Both the position numbers and the translations under genes were made by a program. A stretch of DNA of 64,000 bases from Candidatus Tritonobacter lacicola. GTDB lineage: Bacteria; Auribacterota; Tritonobacteria; Tritonobacterales; Tritonobacteraceae. The stretch spans positions 10,916-74,915 of the forward strand of contig JAVCDC010000020.1 of NCBI GenBank assembly GCA_030765135.1. Direction: 5' to 3'. Below are positions 56,681 to 64,000 of this stretch, in pieces. How positions within the stretch are numbered: the first letter of the stretch is position 1; each line of letters starts with the position of its first letter. The notes under the pieces were generated by a model. The model ran no database searches and was not told the origin of the DNA. It saw only the letters and a list, made by a program, of their open reading frames with translations.

Positions 56681-58597
56681 TTATTCCCAATCCCCGAAAT
56701 CAATACCGATAGCTTTAGACTCCTTTTTGAGGAATCGTTTTTGACATAACTCTTCGATATGTCTGTGAATTCTCCGAACAGTAGTGCCGAAAATCAGATT
56801 TGCTAACGTCATAATAGCTAAAAAGGCAGAGGTGCAGAGCAGAAGCACCCATCCTAATGCTGATTGCATATTGATGTACCCGAATATGACTCCAGCCAAG
56901 AGAAGAACTGAGATAATACCTGAAACCGCCCATGCAAAGTATTTTGCTTTCCTTTGGTACTTCCAGAACAATCTCTGTTGTAGAGCTTTCTTCTCGATCT
57001 CAGTTAACCTCAATTTTTTCTGTGTCTCTCCATGGGCGGTTTGCTCCTCTTTAAATTTTTCATATTCCTCCTTTTTTATCTCCTTCGTTACACGAGCCAA
57101 GGTTTCCGTAATTGCTTCAGGGGTAAGTGCAGCCTCTTCACCCAGCGTAAGCCTCATAAGTTCATCTTGGGCAAAAACACTACTGCGTAATAGCTGATGA
57201 TCGCGTTCTGAGATTTTGCCATTCTTTTCTAGTTGATCAATTTCAGATAGATACTTGTCTAAAAGCTCCTTCGAGGGCTTAAGTGCTGCATACGAATAAG
57301 CAATCACTTCGATAGTTGGAAGAGATGGTGCTCCCATGGGAGCTTTTAACCACGCCATGTTTGCTAAACTAAAATCCGTTATGACAGTTGATACTTCGTA
57401 GGACTCTTCATGTTTCTTTCCATATTCATAAGCTGCCTTTGAAAAAGCAGAATTGCTTGTTACCAAGACAGCCTTACATTTCTCTATAATAGAAGGTGAT
57501 TGGCCTTTTCTTAGGGCATAAATACTTCTTACGGAATTAATATCATATTCTCGCGCTCGGGGATTGAAGTAACTCACCTCATCATCCAGAGCTTTCTCGA
57601 AGGCATTCTCATCGATTTGAAAATCAATAATATATTGAGGAGTGCTCTTCACTTCGATATTGGCGTCTTCAAGAAGATCATCAATCTTGCCAGCCACAAG
57701 CAGTAGGTCGGATTTAGTCGCCCCCTTTCTCCGGGATTCCATAACGACAGCTCCTCGCCCATTGGAATAGTCAATATGATTAGCAGCTCCTCTGACGACA
57801 CGTTCGAGTTCGTCTCGCGAGTGGTTGAATGTTGCCACCTTGGCCCCGAGATTACGCAATAAAATTATTAGCTCTTCTATCGCATGATGCTTTGCCTTAC
57901 CCTCTAATCCTAGTCGCTGCACAAGTAGTGGAGTGTCCAGATAAAATATAACTCTCTTATAAGATTTCGGTGCATCATGCAGGTCTGGACACAAGAGCGC
58001 ATTGGCCAACATATGACCTTGTACTAAAATCATCATACTATCAAATCGCTCTAGGTCATTTTCCCGAAGGTGAATGATATATTGGCTTACCAGAATAATG
58101 TAAGCATTTTGCTTTCCAACAAGGTTGGGGATGGCAGTTCCTCGCAGATACGCTCTTATGCAAGGGATTGAGAATTCTGAGAGAAATGCACATAGTGCAT
58201 CGACTGCCTCATCTCTGGTAGAGATTGGAGAATAAGCACCCTGGCGGAAAGCGAAGAGGCCAGATATGACTGCGTCGATGTGCCTATCGGCATCAGCCTT
58301 CTTGATATTAATGTTTGGGTTAGGCAATTCTCCCTTGATATGATATACCCCTTTGGACTTCTGGAGGGGATGCTTTCGTGATATACGCCGCAGGATAATC
58401 TGAGCAGATCGTGGGGGTATTTCCAACCCAAAATCACTGAGGAGGTATTGCACCACCACCTGATCAGTTACCGGACTTGGTTCATGATCGATTAGTACCT
58501 GAAGAATAAAAGGACGGAGATACTCAAGGTAATCACTTCCTTGGTCAATGTTTACTTTGAGCATTGCCAAACTGGTCAATGTTGCTGTAGATGCCAT
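56681..58597 (-). CDS. Hypothetical 638-aa protein embedded between hsdS and hsdR: soluble N-terminal about 530 aa, charged helical segment, two C-terminal TM helices
   Basis: No Walker, HEPN, HKD or NTase motif recognised. C-terminal hydrophobic helices FAWAVSGIISVLLLAGVIFGYI and GWVLLLCTSAFLAIMTLANLIFG. AT-rich codon usage like the rest of the island. Confidence 0.6.
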   Translation of the reverse strand: MASTATLTSLAMLKVNIDQGSDYLEYLRPFILQVLIDHEPSPVTDQVVVQYLLSDFGLEIPPRSAQIILRRISRKHPLQKSKGVYHIKGELPNPNINIKKADADRHIDAVISGLFAFRQGAYSPISTRDEAVDALCAFLSEFSIPCIRAYLRGTAIPNLVGKQNAYIILVSQYIIHLRENDLERFDSMMILVQGHMLANALLCPDLHDAPKSYKRVIFYLDTPLLVQRLGLEGKAKHHAIEELIILLRNLGAKVATFNHSRDELERVVRGAANHIDYSNGRGAVVMESRRKGATKSDLLLVAGKIDDLLEDANIEVKSTPQYIIDFQIDENAFEKALDDEVSYFNPRAREYDINSVRSIYALRKGQSPSIIEKCKAVLVTSNSAFSKAAYEYGKKHEESYEVSTVITDFSLANMAWLKAPMGAPSLPTIEVIAYSYAALKPSKELLDKYLSEIDQLEKNGKISERDHQLLRSSVFAQDELMRLTLGEEAALTPEAITETLARVTKEIKKEEYEKFKEEQTAHGETQKKLRLTEIEKKALQQRLFWKYQRKAKYFAWAVSGIISVLLLAGVIFGYINMQSALGWVLLLCTSAFLAIMTLANLIFGTTVRRIHRHIEELCQKRFLKKESKAIGIDFGDWE

Positions 58598-58711
58598 GCT
58601 ATACCTCCTCGGCTATCTTTTTTATGCCTTACATTTCGATGGCCCGGAACGTCCAGCTAACGAAAGATTATCCAAGAACTTTTCGCTCTTTCTTATTAAT
58701 AAGCTCGCGAT

Positions 58712-59926
58712 TTAATTATTTCCCTCTAGGAACTTCTCATCGTACGATACGCGAAATTCACCGGAAATCAGTTTGGGCAAGAGTGTGTCGCGGGTTTGAG
58801 TAAGAGTTCTGACTTCAATATCATTGATGATTTGTTTCTCAATAAAAGGCGTAAGGCATCTATTCATGGCGGATAGAAGATTACCAGGTGGGACAAGTAC
58901 CTTAGCATCAGTAAGATGATGTCGTTTGATGTGCCCCATGGTTGTGGCTTTATCGGCAGCGATGCGCTGGAATTCTTCTAAATGTTTTATGGTCCAAAAG
59001 TAATAGAACCACTTCGGGAATTGAGACGAGGATACCTTAAAAACATGCTGATTAAGCACGCCTTTACCATTGCACCAAATCTTGACTAATAAGCTTCCCG
59101 ACCATGAAAAAAGTATATCACCATCACGAACTATATACTGACTGGGAACGTTGGAAGTTGCCCTGTCCGTATTCTCCGTAATCCCTTGTCGGAGTTCTCT
59201 GATCTTGATAACTGGCAATGAATCGTCATCTTCTGGAGGATACTTCTGGCAAGCTAAGCCATTGAGATATTCCGCAATTTCATCCAATGATCTAACCTCC
59301 CACTCTTTCGGTATTTCACCCAATTCCAAATCCTCGAAGCTGTCGGGGAAAAGATCGGCGATTTCTTTAGGCAGGCCCGTGTCGCGGCCTTCGGCCTTGG
59401 CGCGGACCGGGTCGAAGTCCACGAACCAGCTCTTGAAAATCGCCCTAGCCATCGCCTCCAGCGTCTCGTTTATCCTCCGGTTCAGCACGATTTTATCGTC
59501 GAGTGAGCCAAGGATATGAGCGATAGCTCTTTGTTCAGGAAGAGGGGGGCAACAGCACGGCAAAACTTTCAACCCTGATTGTGTAACAAGGGGTTGGGCG
59601 CTTCCGATTGCAGATCGATCGATCTGTAATGATTTCATCAGGTAGTACAGGAAGCGGAAATCGTTTCCGTTTTTAGGCGTTGCGGCAATGGCATTGTCTG
59701 TTACCCAATTTGGGCCGAATGCTGCATGTACTGAGCCACAATATGCTCCAACTCGGCCTACAACAACGATTGAAACCTCGTTGAGAATTTCATTCGTCCG
59801 GGCTATGACACCATTTGCCCCCCAGACCAGATAATCCCCGTCCCTACAATAGAAGGTATTTTTAAGCCCCTTCCCGTTCTTAAAGTCGGCTATTGCTCCA
59901 AGTGTAGTTTTAACCCACTTATCCAT
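58712..59926 (-). CDS. hsdS: Type I restriction-modification specificity subunit
   Basis: Start at MDKWVKTTLGAIADF (typical HsdS N-terminus). Two target-recognition domains separated by a central conserved helix (LPEQRAIAHILGSLDDKI). Ends with the conserved C-terminal helix region. Confidence 0.85.
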   Translation of the reverse strand: MDKWVKTTLGAIADFKNGKGLKNTFYCRDGDYLVWGANGVIARTNEILNEVSIVVVGRVGAYCGSVHAAFGPNWVTDNAIAATPKNGNDFRFLYYLMKSLQIDRSAIGSAQPLVTQSGLKVLPCCCPPLPEQRAIAHILGSLDDKIVLNRRINETLEAMARAIFKSWFVDFDPVRAKAEGRDTGLPKEIADLFPDSFEDLELGEIPKEWEVRSLDEIAEYLNGLACQKYPPEDDDSLPVIKIRELRQGITENTDRATSNVPSQYIVRDGDILFSWSGSLLVKIWCNGKGVLNQHVFKVSSSQFPKWFYYFWTIKHLEEFQRIAADKATTMGHIKRHHLTDAKVLVPPGNLLSAMNRCLTPFIEKQIINDIEVRTLTQTRDTLLPKLISGEFRVSYDEKFLEGNN

Positions 59927-60513
59927 GGCAAAGCTCCCCGCCAGGGTTGCCTTGAAATATACCCAGCTCATGAACACGCTCGAAAAACATATCTATAAGT
60001 TGCGATTTTATCGGCATGTTACGACGACGTGTCGATATTATCAATGTGTCATTGCGAGAGCAATTCAATGTAATTTCGTGCCGCCAACCCTGGATTCCAG
60101 GGGTAAATCGGTAGATTAGGCCAGAACATCGGTAGATCATCGGTTGCTTTGATGCCATGGCTCAGGTCCTTGAACCGATAATTTCGCGTCAACCATCGAT
60201 AAATTATCGATAGATTCAGTGATATCCCATCCGGCCCTTGGATCGGTCGATTTCTATAAATCGTCGGTCGATTATCGGTCGATTTCGTCCTCGAGTTTGG
60301 CAACATTCTTCCTGAGTTTACCGATTTATTACCGATTTTCTCCATGAGGACACATTGCATGAGGCAGTTGAGGCATTTCTGAGTCATTTTATTTGCCCCT
60401 CTTGCCCCTTTCCTTAAGGATTTGACGGGTTTATGTCGGGTTTCGTGTCCCCATTGTCCCCACTATGTCCCTATTCCTGGTTATTGCCCTTGCCTCATTG
60501 ATTTCTTTTTGAC
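59927..60513. promoter_or_regulatory. 587-bp non-coding region upstream of hsdS with a 17-bp perfect palindrome and three direct repeats of [ag]tcggtcgatt
   Basis: atcgataaattatcgat palindrome at 60196-60212. atcggtcgatt at 60242-60252, gtcggtcgatt at 60263-60273, atcggtcgatt at 60274-60284. Further atcgg / ccgat words throughout. gtcccc-type direct repeats at 60440-60475. Confidence 0.35.
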
Positions 60514-61711
60514 TTATTTCCTGCGGCCCGATTTCTTAATATCCCCCTTGATCCCGTCCTCAATCTGCTTTGCTGAAGGGAGTTCGGCTTTCAATTTCGA
60601 TGGTAGAACCCTATAGGTTGCCACGCCCATGGGTTTGGTCGTATCGCGTAGGGCATATTCAACAATGAGCCGATTCCGTTCCTTACAGAGAATCAGACCG
60701 ATTGACGGCTGGTCATCGGGATAACGTAGGAGATCATCCACCGCTGAGAGATAAAAGTTCATCTTTCCGGCAAATTCAGGTTTGAATGGTACGACTTTTA
60801 AATCAATGACGATAAAGCATCGAAGGTGGAGATGATAAAAGATGAGATCAAGGTAGTAGTCCTCACCTCCGACTTCCAGATGCTGCTGCTGGCCAACAAA
60901 AGAAAAGCCTTTGCCGAGTTCGAGCAGGAAATCTTTAATCCGGCCGAGGAGTGCCTGTTCCAACTGCCTTTCGGAGAGATCGGAGCCGAGACTGAGAAAA
61001 CCGAAGTTGTAGGGGTCCTTAATAAGCTGCTGGGCGAGATCGGACTGTGGTGCGGGAAGAGTAGCCGGAAAATTCGTCAGCGCCTTGCCCTGGCGCCTGT
61101 ACAACTTGGTTTCGATCTGATGAATCAGTACGGAACGCGCCCAGCCATGTTCCACTGCTTGCCCTGCATACCATAGTCTCTGGAGGGGGTCCTTTAGCTT
61201 CTCGATAAGAACGACATTATGAAACCAGGGCAATTCCGTCATGACTGGCGGGGGATTGATTCCGTTCATCTGTCGCGCAAGTTGCGCGATTTCTTTCTTG
61301 CTCAAATCTCGCGCAAACTGCGCGAGATTTGCACCCTCTTTTTCATATGCAAGGTAAAATGCGCGCATACGCCATAGATTACTCCCCGAAAATCCTCGTA
61401 TTCCCGGGAATTCTCGCTGTAAATCCTTTCCCAGCCGAGTAACAACAGACTTCCCCCAACCTTCTATCTTTTGCTGTTTTACGATATCTTTCCCAATCCT
61501 CCAATAGAGCAGAATCAGTTCCCTGTTGGAGGCTAAAGCAGCTCTGATCCGAGCATCGCGTATCTTGCGCTTTAACTTTTCAAGAAACGAAGCATAGCCT
61601 TTTGGTAAAAGGGTTTTGGATTTCGATATTTTTCGTTTGGACTGAATGATAAAAGTATCCCCCGACTTTTTCCGCTCGGGATTTGTATGCACCCCTTTGC
61701 GCATCAAGATT

Positions 61712-61734
<23 letters not shown>
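60514..61734 (-). CDS. DUF1016/YhcG-family PD-(D/E)XK nuclease-like protein embedded between hsdM and hsdS
   Basis: N-terminal region [15 protein letters not shown]...[26 protein letters not shown]-(D/E)XK core [25 protein letters not shown]. Overlaps the hsdM 3-prime end by 23 nt. Confidence 0.75.
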
Positions 61735-63310
<1,576 letters not shown>

Positions 63311-63557
63311 CAGTGCACTCCTTTAATCCAGCAGATATACACTATCATTCATGTTTTCTACTAACGAACCCCGCAGACCCGCATTTTAGCATTAATATTA
63401 TAGCTCAGGAAGCCAAAGAGCACTCGATAAAGGGTTCCCAAATCTTCGCCATCAAGAATAAGTTGTAGAATATGGATATTACTGGATTAGGACGTGGTCT
63501 TACTATTGCTATGGCGAAAACACTTCCTCCTGTTGCTAATTCAGTGATGTGTAGTTA

Positions 63558-64000
63558 TTATTTCTTTCTGAGGACGCGGCCCGGGTACCTTCCCGTCAAC
63601 CGCCCGTCTTCCCAGACGAGCTCCCCGTTGACGAAGACAAAGCGGATGCCCCCGCTGACCCTTTCAGGCTCTTTATACGTCGCCTCATCTTTCAATTCCG
63701 CAGACGAAAAAACGGTTATGTCGGCGTAACTTCCCTCCGCGAGCGTCCCCCTCCCGGCAAGGCCGAGCCGGGCTGACGGCATTCCGGTCATCCTGTGGAT
63801 CGCATCCTCCATCTTCTGCCTGCCCGGACCCGCGTACCGGGCGATAAACCTGGGGAACGTGCCGTAGGAGCGAGGGTGGGCGGCGCCGGCGGCCGGGAAC
63901 GGACGCGCGGAGCTATCGCTGGCCACCATGACATAAGGCTTCCCCAGAATCTTTACCAGGTTCTCCTCGCACATTCTGAAGAAGAGGGCCTCCGCCCTCG
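63558..64000 (-). CDS. N-acyl-D-amino-acid deacylase (D-aminoacylase) family amidohydrolase, C-terminal part; continues beyond the window end
   Basis: C-terminal beta-sandwich plus TIM-barrel end typical of D-aminoacylases (YVMVASDSS...HPRSYGTFPRFI...GRLTGRYPGRVLR). Stop at 63558; the 5-prime end lies outside the window. Confidence 0.7.
   Translation of the reverse strand, partial: RAEALFFRMCEENLVKILGKPYVMVASDSSARPFPAAGAAHPRSYGTFPRFIARYAGPGRQKMEDAIHRMTGMPSARLGLAGRGTLAEGSYADITVFSSAELKDEATYKEPERVSGGIRFVFVNGELVWEDGRLTGRYPGRVLRKK

Overview
Annotation of a 64-kb window of a GC-rich bacterial chromosome with an aldolase-type microcompartment locus, a secreted nuclease-like cluster and an AT-rich Type I restriction-modification island. 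GC content is judged by eye from codon usage and is probably around 60 percent in coding regions; intergenic spacers are conspicuously AT-rich. Gene content suggests an anaerobic lifestyle. Left to right the window holds: the C-terminal end of an FAD oxidoreductase, an amidohydrolase and a SAM methyltransferase; a signal-transduction cluster (excisionase-type HTH fused to a receiver, a hybrid REC-PAS-HK-REC kinase, a multi-PAS kinase, a receiver protein); tRNA-Phe and tRNA-Thr; rpoN (sigma-54) on the opposite strand; an MBL hydrolase; a zinc-ribbon/TM/triple-OB-fold protein with a Pro-Lys-rich linker; a TctA-like permease; a DUF457-like membrane hydrolase; an M23 peptidase; then a compact bacterial microcompartment (BMC) locus (tandem BMC-T, BMC-H, BMC-P vertex, CoA-acylating aldehyde dehydrogenase, PduS-like RnfC/Fe-S flavoprotein, PduT-like Fe-S BMC-T, class II aldolase with a C-terminal extension, excisionase-type HTH); endonuclease III; a minus-strand cluster of a nucleotidyltransferase-fold protein plus two secreted single-HKD phospholipase-D/Nuc-like proteins; HEAT-repeat and PQQ beta-propeller surface proteins; tandem HAD phosphatase paralogs; etfB-etfA-acyl-CoA dehydrogenase; a sugar-phosphate isomerase-like TIM barrel; a PilZ-like protein; a THEP1-type NTPase; uvrA; a dual-specificity phosphatase; glycyl-tRNA synthetase; an SGNH hydrolase; the oppABC-type peptide ABC transporter components; and finally a visibly AT-richer Type I restriction-modification island (hsdM, DUF1016 nuclease, hsdS, an unknown 638-aa protein with two C-terminal TM helices, hsdR, an unknown 416-aa membrane protein) followed by a partial D-aminoacylase. 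The intergenic regions are unusual: they are assembled from a small vocabulary of recurring AT-rich sequence modules and hairpin families, a 120-bp dispersed repeat occurs twice, and a 277-bp GC-rich inverted-repeat-flanked element follows the acyl-CoA dehydrogenase gene. No CRISPR array, rRNA, integrase or transposase was seen.
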